This document shows, one piece after another, positions 1 through 12,950 of a stretch of 64,000 nt of DNA (its first letter is position 1; every line of letters begins with the position of its first letter). The notes under the pieces are model-generated. The model did not search any database. It worked only from the letters and a program-made list of their open reading frames with translations, and was not told the DNA's origin. A program made the translations under genes and the position numbers. This stretch comes from Octopus vulgaris (Eukaryota), in assembly GCA_951406725.2 (NCBI GenBank), contig OX597817.1, positions 12,028,001 through 12,092,000 of the forward strand. The letters run 5' to 3'.

Positions 1-927
1 CCACAAAATCAACTTCGTCCTCCACCAACATTACCATGCAGTCAATCCCATCGTCTCATCTATGTAAGAATTGGTCAACTTAGTCATCAACGCCATCACC
101 ATAAAGGAAGCGTTCAGCAAAGAACAAAATGAATTCTTGGATACGAGATGACGCCGCCGCCGCCGCCGACGACAACGTGTGTTATCACATCTGTTCAAAA
201 CAGTATCTCATTTACTTTATCTTTCTTCAACAATAAGAATGGCCACGTGGCTATACTCAGGAATATACTGATAGGAATGTTCACTGACGGAACTTTTGTC
301 GGTTTTTATACCAACTTACAGTTCTAAAGCTGAAGTACATTTTAAAGCATCCCGAAAACTTGTCATAAGAACTGTTTTCATGAAGCACTTTTGCAGATTT
401 AAGATAAGTTTAGGTCTCTTTTTGGACAGTTTTTTATTGCAATATAGGGCTTCTTTTTGTTGCTTTTTGGAACAGTTCTGATGATTCCTAGTACCATCTT
501 CTAACGCCAAATTTATAAAATATTTGGCATAAAGAACCCATGTATGCAATATTTTAGATGCATGACGCAATACACTGCCATTACTTCCGTCCTTACTTTT
601 TGCAGATTTTCCTTGCAAGACTGTACTTTTATATTACATTATTTTCTGGAGATTTTTAAATTCCCATGTTCTCACTTTATATATGTACACACACACACAC
701 ACATACACACTCACACAAGCGCACGATCACTTGAAATTATCTTCCCCACGAGAGAAATGTATAGAGAAACGCCCGGCGGCAATTGCTGCCAACATCGAAT
801 GAGATTATCTTAAGAAGCGAGAATTCTCTGGAATTTACGTTACGAGAAAGGCAGTGTGATCTCACCTAAGACGGGAGAATGAATTTGGACATGCGTTTCT
901 ACCACAATAAGCATCATCAGCACATCA

Positions 928-1337
928 GGAGGCGCAATGGCCCAGTGGTTAGGGTAGCGGACTCGCGGTCGGAGGATCGCGGTTTCGATTCCCAGACCGG
1001 GCGTTGTGTGTGTTTATTAAGCGAAAACACCTAAAGCTCCACGAGGTTCCGGCACGGGGTGGTGGCGATCCCTGTCGTACTCTTTCGCTCCAACTTTCTC
1101 TCACTCTTTCTTCCTGTTTCTTGTCCCCGACTTCCTACGCAACCGCTGAGCCTGGATGCGCATTCATCCATCCGTCGATGCTCTTGGTGTCGGGGGTTGA
1201 CCTGCCTTCTCTTCTGCGGGTCTTACAAATAGCAAAGGATCGTGTTTCGGACTTCTCCCACTACAGACAATCCTGAGGCGCGATCTTGCGAGCTCTGGGA
1301 CGCAGACCGCTTCGTTCAACAAACAAACAAACAAACA
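928..1337 (+). mobile_element. tRNA-derived SINE (family D, tail type 1)
   Basis: A-box TGGCCCAGTGG and B-box GGTTTCGATTCCC; (AAAC)n tail; 12-bp TSD ATCAGCACATCA at 916-927 and 1338-1349; first ~190 bp shared with 46881 copy. Confidence 0.9.
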
Positions 1338-1845
1338 ATCAGCACATCAAACATCCTACCCTGACTTCGGCAGACATGAGACAAATATGTAACAAAAAGA
1401 ATAAAAAGTATCTATGGTCCTTAGCTGATTTGCATAATTCAAACAAAAATTATCTGAGAAATTACTGAGAGACCAGTGGTGCTTATGACACCTTTTGAGC
1501 AGAAACTGATGTTCAAAGTAACATGTGTGTGTGTGTGTGTGTGTGTATGTGTGTGTGTGTGTGTGTATATATATATTAGTAGAAAATATGTGGAAAACAA
1601 ATATAAAACGTGGAAGAGAAATGCCTTCGTTTCATATAGTTTAAAATCTTTTTATAAATATATACATATTATATGGCTGTCGTGAAATCCAACCGGTTTT
1701 CGCTATTTAAGGGACATTATACTGTAATCAATTCTCGTGACAAAGAGATCTTGTCATTTTGGATGTTTGAAAAATAAGAATGAGTCTAGAGAGTGAACCA
1801 AGGGAGGCAACAGGTGGGAAGGGAGACAACTGGCTCCTTAGTATA

Positions 1846-3050
1846 CACTGCTGAACAAAATCTTAAGACTAGTGAAAAGCCTACCTAAATGAAATCCTTG
1901 CTCACCGATGTATTCGACTATTTTACATTATAGATTCATAATTAGAAAATAGAAAGAGATATACGAAAATCTAAAGAAATGTTTAACATATAATACAAAA
2001 TATACATTGTATGAAAACTAACAATATTTTGCCTGGTCAAAAGTTTAAGGCCATGACAAATAACAAACGAAAACAAGGAAGAAATAGTAAACAGGGAGAT
2101 CAATAATAAGTAGCTCCACCATTCCAGCGAATAACTTCAAGCATTCGCCCTGGCACACTCGACATAAGCGTTTGCAGGAGGTTGTCCGGAATGTTACGCC
2201 ATGAGAAGATTGCCTGGTGAAGAGTATCCAGTCTCAAATTGTGTTCCATTTTCGTAAGCGCCTCTTGCCATCCATCCCCAAAGCTTTACGAGGTGGGTTA
2301 GGTCAGGATAACATGGAGGATGATTCAAAAAGCGATCCTTATTTGTTCTGAAGAAATCCTTTGGCCTGCGATCCTTATGGATTGTAGCATTATCCTGTTG
2401 ATAAATCCAGTCTTCTCCACACAAACGAGGGCAATCAGTGAAGAGTGCCCCCCCCCCCATGCCAACATAACCAGCTGTTGTTTGGTGCCCCTGCACAACC
2501 TGAAGTTCCATACTTCCTTTCTACGAGAAAGCGCCCCCACATCGTGATAGGGCCTCCACCATTGAAAAAAGCCTCCAGTGGAATATCTTTTGCATGCCAG
2601 TATCGTTGGAAACCATCAGGACCAACAAGGCTAAATTTCTACTCATCTGAGAATAAAACTTTCTAAGCGACTTGCCTTGTGGAGTGGAAGAAGATGGGAT
2701 TTCTGAAGACGTTTAAGATTTTTAAAGCCTGCCTCTCTCTCTCTGTTTCAACAACTGCCTGGGTGACCGGCAGTTATTGACACAGAAAAAACTTGAACAT
2801 AAAAGCCAGAATTTTTATAGTTTACACTAGATTTAAGCATTTTAAATTCTTAAATTATTGACCAGGTAAAATATTGTTAGTTTTCATTCAATGCATATCT
2901 TGTGCATTAAATGTTAAACATTTCCTTAGGTTTTCGTATATTTTTTTCTATTTGCCAATTATGAATCTATAATATAAAATAGTGGGATATGTCGGTCTGC
3001 AAGGCATTTCGGCAGTTTTTTCACTGGTCTTAAGATTTTGGCCAGCAGTG
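1846..3050 (-). mobile_element. Tc1-like (Tc3-type) DNA transposon, internally deleted, degenerate
   Basis: TA on both flanks; termini CACTGCTGAACAAAATCTTAAGAC / GTCTTAAGATTTTGGCCAGCAGTG; inverted repeats extend ~200 bp; minus-strand transposase remnants FSDE, YQQDNATIH, PCYPDL..LW. Confidence 0.9.
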
Positions 3051-3238
3051 TATGTGTGTATATACACACAGACATGTATATTAATGCACATATGCATATA
3101 AATATGTGTGTCTGTATTTATATTGTGAAATTTGATTTAATATTAAATTGAATTTTTCCTTATAAGTTTGGAGTTATACTCCCTAATATTATATATATAT
3201 ACATATATATATATATAGATAGATAGATGTAGATATAG

Positions 3239-3273
<35 letters not shown>

Positions 3274-3275
<2 letters not shown>

Positions 3276-3425
3276 TTTTAATTGTTTCCATCCTGGAGCA
3301 CCGCCTTTAGTCGACCAAATCGACCTTAAGATTTAGTAAAGCTGGTCTCTTTTCCCGAACCGCTAAGTTACGGGGACGTAAACACACCAGCCTCAGTTGC
3401 CAAACACATACACACACACACACAT

Positions 3426-3509
<84 letters not shown>

Positions 3510-3637
3510 GACGGGTTTCTTTCAGTTTCCGTCTACCGAATCCACTAACAAGGCTTTGGTCGGCAGTGGAACTAAACCCGGAACCATGTGGTTGGTAAGC
3601 AAGGTACTTACCACACAGCCACTCCCACTCCTGCACC
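3274..3637 (-). mobile_element. SINE family A (tRNA head, internal microsatellite), internally deleted copy
   Basis: Reverse complement of the element at 11726-12124 with deletions. Confidence 0.85.
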
Positions 3638-4464
3638 TATATCTATAAAATCTAATAATAAAAACGTAGATAACTTAAAACATGGAAAATGTGATTGCAC
3701 TGAGAGAACACAGTGCAAATTTTAAAATAACTGTAAAGAAATACCGTCTATAGATGTGTAGTCACAATAGATGAGAACTACTATTACTGTGTTGGTGCTG
3801 GCTCATGCTTTATAAAATAAAGAATAGAAAATCGCTAAAGTTCATTTAGAAATAATTCTAGAAAATTTTCAACAAGTCTTAGCAAGTTTAAATTGTCGCT
3901 TAAGAATGAAAATGGGAAATTTTTAGTACTGCGAGACCTTATAAAATACGAGACGAAAGATGCTATCTAGGGCCTAGGGGAATTATACCAAATATTTTCT
4001 TCGAAAAATTCATTAGTTAACACTAGACAAGAAAGAAGCTCTAATTGCTTACACAAACAATATTTTCTTTTTTAAAAATTTAAATAATAGAATGAATTAA
4101 CTTATATAATTTCAATAAACTTGAGCTATGGACCTTCACATATATGTATGTGTGTGTGTATGTGCGTGTGTGTATGCATGTTTATGTATATCTCTCTCTC
4201 TCACTACCTCTGTATATATATATATATGCATATATGAGCTTACTTTTTCCAGTTCTTTCAATCTCTCAACGAATTTCTTCCTGCTTTCTTATCCTGTCGC
4301 AGTATCTCTGTCATTATTCTCATCTCTTCGTTTGTATTTGCTTCGCTCTTCCTTCCCTTCCATCTTAATCAGTCCTTCCTCCTAATCCCCTCGATCTGTC
4401 ACTCTTTCTTTATAAGATTATATTTACATTTATCTATTAATCAATCCATCTATATAAGTGTATA

Positions 4465-4864
4465 TCTTTATATATAAAAGTGAGGTTGTGTGCTGTCTGT
4501 CTCCTACGATTTAGATTCCTAACTACTCCCACATTTTGCGGTGCAGTTTAACCAAAACCGGGTATCTTATTGTCGTGATTCATATTGAGCCCTTCTGGGT
4601 ATTAGCGCGCATCTACAATGAGTCTACGATTTTAAAAAAAAAGTTACCATCATTTTTTCCATTTTAAAGCATTTTTTCGCTATTATATAAGGGAAGTAAC
4701 TCTCGAAAAATGTCTACGATGAGTCAACGATTTAAAAAAAATTTACCATCATTTTTTCCCCATTTTTAATGCATTTTATTGCTATTTTTTTGCTATAACT
4801 CTCTAAAAATGCTTATATAGTTATTTCCCTTACAAACCCGAGCAACGCTGGGCGATACTGCTAG
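4465..4864 (+). mobile_element. Non-autonomous Helitron
   Basis: Inserted A|T, 5' TC(TTTATATATAAAA), 3' hairpin CCCGAGCAACGCTGGG followed by CTAG, no TSD; related copies at 38474, 41914, 56838. Confidence 0.85.
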
Positions 4865-4890
<26 letters not shown>

Positions 4891-4895
<5 letters not shown>

Positions 4896-5100
4896 AATCC
4901 AAAGATGAAAACACCAAGAGAAAACACAACAACGCGAGGACGTGGAACAAATATAGTATTATTGGACGCTCAGGAAGGACGGGAAGAAGGAGGGTTTAAC
5001 GTTTTGAGCGGAGCTCTTCGTCGGAAACATAGGCGAAGGAAAGACCCAGAGAAGGGAAAACGGAGGAAAAAAATCGCCAACGGTACACACGCGGTCACAT
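4891..5100 (-). mobile_element. ~200-bp hammerhead-bearing repeat (family H1, putative PLE-derived); catalytic core mutated in this copy
   Basis: Homologous to 10261, 32937 and 44262; flanked by (TA)n; minus-strand core reads CCGACGA...AAAA instead of CTGACGA...GAAA. Confidence 0.75.
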
Positions 5101-5219
5101 ATATATGTATATATATATATATATATATATAGATAGATATATATATATATATATATATATACGTGTATGTATGTAAATATTTATATACGTATAGATGTAT
5201 GTCTATATAGTATATATAT

Positions 5220-5288
<69 letters not shown>

Positions 5289-6406
5289 TGTGTTTATGAA
5301 TTGTCTATGAATGTTTGTCTGTGCATGTATTTTATGGTTGTCCCTTTGCATTCAAATAAAAATTAGACGTTTTGCTTTCCCATGCATGTTTTTTTCTTTA
5401 TATATTTTCTTTCCATGACGTCTAGAGAAATTTTAATAAATTTTGAATTCATTGTATGCGGCATGTAGTACATCCCCAGCGTAACTTAATTATTCAAAGT
5501 CTCCTCTGAGTTAGTTTCTCTTTGCTCCTTTTAGTTTTAATTATATACGTGCGTGTGTGTATGTTTGTGAATGAGTACATATGCATATATATATATATAT
5601 ATATGTGTGCGTGTGTGTATGTGCATGTGTGTGTGTGTGGTGTGTGTTAGAGCGTGTACTCTGTGTGTTTGGTCTATCTGTCCTCTCTCTCTCTCCCTCT
5701 CTCTCTCACTCTCTCTCTCTCTCTCTCTGTATGTTCTTTATATCTTTATATTCCTTTACCATAGATAATGTCACCATTTTCTCTTTTACCGCTTATTCTT
5801 TTTCTCTTTCACTCATACGCGCACGTACGCACGCACATACACACACACACGCAAACATACACACACACACGCAAACATACACACACACACACAAGCTCCT
5901 CTCTTTCTTTCCTTCCTTTCACTCTGCTTGCAACTAAATAAATATCTCAGCCACACTCCAGAACTTTCGTTTTCTTTTACTTATACATCAACTTGACACA
6001 TCTGTTGGACTTCCAAATTCCCTCAACTGTATTACATTTCAAATGTTCCATCCATCTACATCTTGGGCGTTAACAGTTATTTTCCATTTTCTTATTTTTT
6101 CTTCTCATTTTTTTTTATTCTACGTTGTTTCTTTCTTCACAATCACAGAAATTTGTCATTTTTGTAAATCGCTTTTAGAATCACAGTCGACATTTCATGT
6201 TCTGTTTTCAAATACGAGGAAAATATCAGTATTTGGCGGAGCCGTACGCAACTGCTTGATAGACACACAGGTGAATTGAATGAAGTATGGGAGTATCTTG
6301 CAGTACACCCACAATATACCCGCGTACACACATACATATACACGTACATACACGTACACACTCAACAGATATGTCTGTGTATAAATACATACACACACAC
6401 ATAAAG

Positions 6407-6477
<71 letters not shown>

Positions 6478-8833
6478 TATACATATACATATACATATAC
6501 ATATATATAAACACACACGCACACACACACACGTATATATATATATACGTATTCAGATACATACATGTATGTGTGTGTGAGCGTGTGTGTGTATGTGTCT
6601 GTGTGTGTGTGTGTGTATTTGTATGCATATGCGTATATCGGTTTGGTAGAACAAACAGGATAAATAGAACTCAATACATGAGTATATATATTTTATTATT
6701 TTTAATCAGCAGAAGTTAGAATAGTGAATTAAGAGTCAACAGCTTCGTAGACTGCTTTACATAATACATACACATACACACAAACATGCACACACACAAT
6801 CACACGCACACACATTCACACACACTCACACGCCCCCTCACATACACTATATATATATATATATATATATAACTATTACAACTATTAGCGGTTTGAGTTT
6901 GGCTGCTCGCGAAGAATTTTTTCTAGAATTTTTTTGCTACCCTTATATTTATTAATATATATATAACGTGTATTCAAAATAATCTTCAGACTCATGGCAT
7001 ATGATTCGTTTAACCTGTAAACCATGACGCTGTTACATGTGAAACCACGAGAAAAAAAGTGGAATGAGAGAACAAGGGTCGAATATAAACGGAAAAAGAA
7101 AGGAAACAAACAAAAAAAAAGTATACTGAGAGTTATGTCCCCGTTCACCGTAGAAATCATGACTAATCTAGACGGTGTAGAATAATTCAACGGTGAGGAG
7201 TACAAAAGCTTATGAGACAACTGCTCAATTCGGAAATGATGGTGTCTGCCAGTTCGACAGCGGAAATTTGTCCATGTGCTAGCATTTGCTGAAAATTTCA
7301 TATCAGGAAATAAGTAGTCTGGTGGAATTCTTGGACTTAAAAAGAATGTGCGCATAAGTTGCATCTCTTTGATCCATTTACATATGGAATAGATTTCTCC
7401 TTGATTCTCCACTTGATTGCATGTGGTGTGTGGTTGATCTTCAGACCCATATGTGGCTAGCCAACATAGTGGCTTTTATTTTTATCGATGTGCCGGAAAG
7501 AATACTAGTGGTTTGCATAACGTTTTTTAAAGTTGCTTTCGCATAAACCGACATACATTTTCTTTTCACTTCCGTTCCCTTGAAGCACTGCTGTGACTTC
7601 AGCCTCATATATGACTGAGTCTTCAAAACACGCCTGATCTAGTGGGTAAGCTTAAGGGTCGAGATCGTTACGATTGGGAGTGGTCTTTTTGTCAGGCTTG
7701 TGAGTGACAATGTCCTTCATATTGGGACATTAACTGTATTTCCAGGGTGCCCAGTAAGAAAAAATAAACCACGATTATTATTGGCTATCAGGTTTTTAAA
7801 CATTACAGTGGATGGTGGGTACTGACAGGATTGTTTATGTATATATGTGAGTTTTTCAACAAGGACGGCGCAGTGGTACGACTGAAAGAGCGGTGGGAAT
7901 GATGTCATGCGATATCTGCTCTAGTTCTTTGCGTTCTGACACCAACACCAGCGATGACGTTGGTGCCAAGCCTTATCGGTTCAAAGATAGTCGCCTTTCA
8001 CTTAGATGACGCCAGTGGCAGGGAAAGAGGAGAATTATATGCATGGGCAACTTCCAGACCTGTATACACGAGACCCGTTATTTGATCAACCTTGACCAAC
8101 AAAGAGACAAGATCAGAAATGACCGAGTATGAAGATGAATAAATTATAGAACTCAAAACGGCAAACGATTCTTTAGAATAAATTCTTACTGAATGTCTGA
8201 AAACGTCAGTACTCTGAATTTCGCGTTGCCACTCTGCTGATAATCTGAGCCTTAAATCATTGAAATTCTTTAATATATATTTTCAAATTTTCCAAAAGTA
8301 TATCCGAAAAAAGCCTTACTTAGGACATTTTTAAAGTTATTCCAGTGACACTATATATACAAGGTTGCATCAGGATCATGTTTTCTATTATGCTAATTTA
8401 TTTCATACTCTCGTGGTTATACAATATTCTCCAAATATTTTCATGGCTTCTATTAATCGCTACACATAAGGCAACTTAATACAATCTCTTTTCTAAGAAA
8501 ATCTCCGTTGTTTTTTCAACGCTTTCTAAAAGAAATATCTGAGAGAGAATTGCCACTTTCAAAACATATATATATTTGTTTTCCTTATATATCTTCATCA
8601 TAGATCGAAAAGAATATGATTCAAGTTAAAATATAATACGTTCAAGATACAGAGCCGATATTACTTTTATAGCACTGACGATATATGGTGCCTCCCAACA
8701 GTGCAAATGTTTAATGCGTCCTTCGAAAAGTTGCACTTTTGTAAGGTAACACCCAGTTAATATATATGTATGGATTGATAGATGGATACATAAATGGATG
8801 CATAGATATATGTGCATATATGTATTCATTTAG

Positions 8834-9030
8834 TCTTTTACTTGTTTCAGTCATTTGACTACGGCCATGCTGGAGAAACGCCTTTGGGCGTTATAGTCGA
8901 AAGATCGACCCCTAGAATTATTCTTTGTAAGCTTAGAACTTATTTTATTGGTATCTTTTGCCGAAGTGCTAACTTATGGGGAAGTAAACACACCAACATC
9001 GGTTCTCAAGCGATGCTGGGTGGATAGAGA
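8834..9030 (-). mobile_element. SINE family A, 3' half, diverged
   Basis: CTTTTACTTGTTTCAGTCATTTGACTACGGCCATGCTGGAG tail; partly duplicated in inverted orientation at 10750-10878. Confidence 0.8.
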
Positions 9031-9155
9031 CACACATACATGCATTCATACATACATACATACATACATACATACATACATACATGCATACATACATACA
9101 TACATACATACATACATACAAATATACGTACATATATATATATATATATATATAT

Positions 9156-9223
<68 letters not shown>

Positions 9224-9328
9224 CATACATATATATGATTATAAATAAGGGCTAAAAAGAAAAAAGTTCCCTATGCCAATATGCTGAAGAATAGACTTTA
9301 AGATTCCGAGTTCGTTTCCAGGCAGTGA

Positions 9329-9427
<99 letters not shown>

Positions 9428-9510
9428 CAACAACAAGAACAACAACAAGAACAAGAACAACAACGAAAAAGTACCTTAGGAATGAGAACTCAGGTTCGAA
9501 ATTACCCCAA

Positions 9511-9559
9511 GACACCTGATGAAGGCTCGGGTGGGTTATATCAGCCGAAAAGTTATGTT
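9511..9559 (+). ncRNA. Minimal type-I hammerhead ribozyme-like motif (family H2), slightly degenerate
   Basis: GACAC-CTGATGA-A-GGCT..AGCC-GAAA-A-GTT-ATGTT; stem II GGCT/AGCC; mismatches in helix I and helix III. Confidence 0.55.
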
Positions 9560-9745
9560 AACAACAAACAAGATGAGGACATGTTGTTAACATAACTTTT
9601 CGGCTGATTATTTATAATGACGGATATTTGTCCCACTGTGTTAACATAACTTTTCCTTCATCAGGTGTCTTGGGGTAATTTCGAACCTGAGTTCTCATTC
9701 CTAAGGTATTTTTCGTTGTTGTTCTTGTTCTTGTTGTTGTTCTTG

Positions 9746-9814
<69 letters not shown>

Positions 9815-9917
9815 TCACTGCCTGGAAACGAACTCGGAATCTTAAAGTCTATTCTTCAGCATATTGGCATAGAGAACTTTTTTCTTTTGCCCTTATTTAT
9901 AATCATATATATGTATG

Positions 9918-9979
<62 letters not shown>

Positions 9980-10186
9980 ATATGTATATATATGTATATA
10001 TAAAACCAAGAAAGAAAGGACAAATTTCAGAAGTCAGTGTTTTTAATCACTCAATATATTTCACACCATCGCAATACTTCTCAACATACATAGGTGCACC
10101 TATTTGTCCTCTCTTTCTCGGTTTTATATTCCTGATGCTCTATTAGAGTGCTAATTAGTTGTGTTATAATTCTCATAATTTTTCTG

Positions 10187-10231
<45 letters not shown>

Positions 10232-10260
10232 CATATATATATATATGTATATATATATGT

Positions 10261-10438
10261 AAAGTTAATCGAAACATGAAAACACAACAACGCGAGGACG
10301 TGGAACAAGTATAGTGTTATTGGACGCTCAGGAAAGAAGGAAAGAAGGAGGATTTAACGTTTCGAGCGGAGCTCTTCGTCAGAAACATAGGAAAAGGAAA
10401 GATCCAAAGAAGGGAAGACGGAGGAAAAAAAATCACCG

Positions 10439-10440
<2 letters not shown>
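10261..10440 (-). mobile_element. Family H1 hammerhead-bearing repeat in (TA)n
   Basis: Homologous to 4891, 32937 and 44262; TA-rich tracts on both sides. Confidence 0.8.
10352..10387 (-). ncRNA. Minimal type-I hammerhead ribozyme core (best H1 copy)
   Basis: Minus strand GTTT-CTGACGA-A-GAGC-TCC-GCTC-GAAA-C-GTT-AAAT; intact core, 4-bp stem II, palindromic ACGT helix III, GUU cleavage triplet. Confidence 0.65.
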
Positions 10441-10480
<40 letters not shown>

Positions 10481-11725
10481 AAAATCATAAGTATCTGATG
10501 TGAATTTGCTACCCAGGTATCGGTTATCTTTCGAATTATCCTTAATAAGATAATTCATTCAATTACTCAAATATATATATATGTACGTATATTTGTATGT
10601 ATGTATGTATGTATGTATGTATGTATGTATGTATGTATGTGTGTATGTATGTATGTATGTATGTATGTATGTATGTATGTATGTATGTATGTATGTATGT
10701 ATGCATGTATGTATGTATGTATGTATGTATGTATGCATGTATGTGTGTCTCTATCCACCCAGCATCGCTTGAGAACCGATGTTGGTGTGTTTACTTCCCC
10801 TTAAGTTAGCGCTTCGGCAAAAGATACCAATAAAATAAGTTCTAAGCTTACAAAGAATAATTCTAGGGGTCGATCTTTGTGCATAGATATGGCCTGGTAA
10901 ACACGCGCGCGCGTTTGTGTGAGATTTTATATGTGGAATTGTGTATGTATACATGTAGATGTATTTATAGAAAAAAAAAATAATGACAATATGCATAATT
11001 GCTCAGAGGAAGAAAATTTAATTAGAGAGACTAGAAGAAATCTGATTCCATTTCCTGTTGTTAACTCCCATGTGCAGTGCGATTGGACAGCAGTCAGTTT
11101 TTGATTTAAAGTCTCACATAGTTTCATAGTTTCCCTGGCGTATAAGGCTTAAAACAGAAGTGTCAAATGAAACACATGTGTCTGTTGTGTACACTTTTTT
11201 TTTGCTGTTGTTTTGTGGCAATCGCAATTAAGAAATTAGTCTAACGCTGAGAAAAGTTATATCAGCATTTATAGAATGGAAGTTATTTACATAGAAGGAA
11301 TTATAAAACTGTACGAGACATTGCCATTTATTCGATAATAGATTTGAAACATGATTACATAAATAAGATGTTAAAGAAAATTACATATTTCAGTCCGGTA
11401 GTAATTGTCTTGTCATCTGACCGTCCATTGAGGAAATTCGTTTCAAATCAACAGTAATAAGTCTGTCATTTTGCCTCTGTTTAATTACCATCGTCTATAA
11501 TTTCCATCCCTCTTCATTTGTTTCTCGTTCAACAGTTACATTTTCATCCTTCTTTAATTTACTTCCACCTTTACTCTCATATTCAAAAAGGAAAGTACAA
11601 ATAAAAGCATATTATTGTATCCTGTTATATATAAACAATGCTGTGTTCGAGTATAATCATTTTATTAATAATCTTTCGTGTTACCATATTGATCTTTGTT
11701 TTTATTTTAAAACTATAACCGTATA

Positions 11726-12124
11726 GGCGCAGGGGTGGCTGTGTGGTAAGTAGCTTGCTAACCAACCACATGGTTCCGGGTTCAGTCCCACTGCGTGGCA
11801 TCTTGGGCAAGTGTCTTCTGCTATAGCCCCGGGCCGACCAATGCCTTATAAGTGGATTTGGTAGACGGAAACTGAAAGAAGCCTGTCATATATATGTATA
11901 TATATATGTGTGTGTTTGTGTGTGTGTGTTTGTCCCCCTAGCATTGCTTGACAACCGATGCTGGTGTGTTTACGTCCGCGTCACTTAGCAGTTCGGCAAA
12001 AGATATCGATAGAATAAGTACTGGGCTTACAAAGAACAAGTGCTGGGGTAGATTTGCTCGACTAAAGGCGGTGCTCCAGCATGACCGCAGTCAAATGACT
12101 GAAACAAGTAAAAGAGTAAAAGAG
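11726..12124 (+). mobile_element. SINE family A, full length
   Basis: A-box TGGCTGTGTGG, B-box GGGTTCAGTCCC, CORE-like TTGGGCAAGTG block, internal (TA)/(TG) tract, 3' stem-loop and (GTAAAAGA) tail. Confidence 0.9.
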
Positions 12125-12199
12125 AGAGAGAGTGTATTATGTCCCTAAATGTTTCAAGACTTTCTAGGCGTCATCTATTAAATAATGAGATAATAGTTG

Positions 12200-12950
12200 G
12201 GCGGTTTTGTGCTTGGTATCAAAAGATCATAAAAAAGATTTTTTAATTGATAAAATAATCATTACCGAGTCTTAGATTGCTAATCTCTTAAATCCGCTGT
12301 AACTTTTCTTCTAGCTTGTGTGAAAATCTACATGCAATAGTAGTGTAATCAACGAAGGTTTTCTCATCTAGGTTGTGTTATGCTCTGTATTATGTGTTGG
12401 AGGTTTTCCTATCTAGTCTGTTATTATGATCTGTATTATAATGTGTTAAATGGCTCTTTATTAAAAATAGGCCGACAAGAAACGGTCCGGTATAATAGTC
12501 TGAGTCGTGAAGTGTACAACTGTTATGCTTACAGTGAAATTTGTACAGTATATCGGTTATCTACGTTACATTCAGCAGGTCTATGGCTTCATATTGAGGT
12601 TTTGTAATTTCTGATCTTCTTGTATTGTATATTAAGGTAATACATATTAAATTTAATACATGATTAAGTCTGATACATAATATTTCCTTTTTGATGATTT
12701 TTTTTAAATAGAATCTCTTCCGTTTTTCTAAGGTGCATTTGCTTAATATAGAATAAACAAAATGAATGGTTTATATACTTTACTGGTTATATTTGTGGCA
12801 ATGAATTTGTCCCTACAGAGTTCTGTGGTTTTGTCTGCTAACGAGTCCGAGTATCTACTATTAGCTGTTGTTTGTTCATTTCTAATGATTTCCTTATGTA
12901 AAGTTTGTTGTTTGATATTAACTGAAAGAGTTATCTCAAAAGCGATTTAA
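12200..12950 (-). pseudogene. Penelope-like element relic (RT thumb, linker and GIY-YIG endonuclease)
   Basis: Minus-strand fragments HKEIIRNEQ..NSRY, LFYIKQMH, ILYKFHCKHNSC..DYYTG; many stops and frameshifts. Confidence 0.55.

Larger units (their letters stand above)
8900..10878. repeat. Large inverted duplication (arms 8900-9525 and 9655-10878, right arm carrying extra insertions)
   Basis: Near-identical reverse-complement sequence, including the SINE fragment, (TACA)n, (TA)n, (AAT)n and the unique segments between them. Confidence 0.9.

Noticed and set aside
928-1000. tRNA-like sequences at SINE heads
   Set aside because: They have A/B boxes but no complete cloverleaf, and they are followed by SINE bodies and TSDs, so they are not tRNA genes.
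6885-7800. 175-aa minus-strand ORF, possibly a LINE endonuclease relic
   Set aside because: Only faint motif resemblance (PSRL, HIWV); not enough to call.
11625-12148. Recurrent peptides such as MPRSGTEPGTMWLVSKLLTTQP and TTDAGVFTSPSLSGSAKETDRISTG
   Set aside because: They recur only because they are translations of SINE family A copies.
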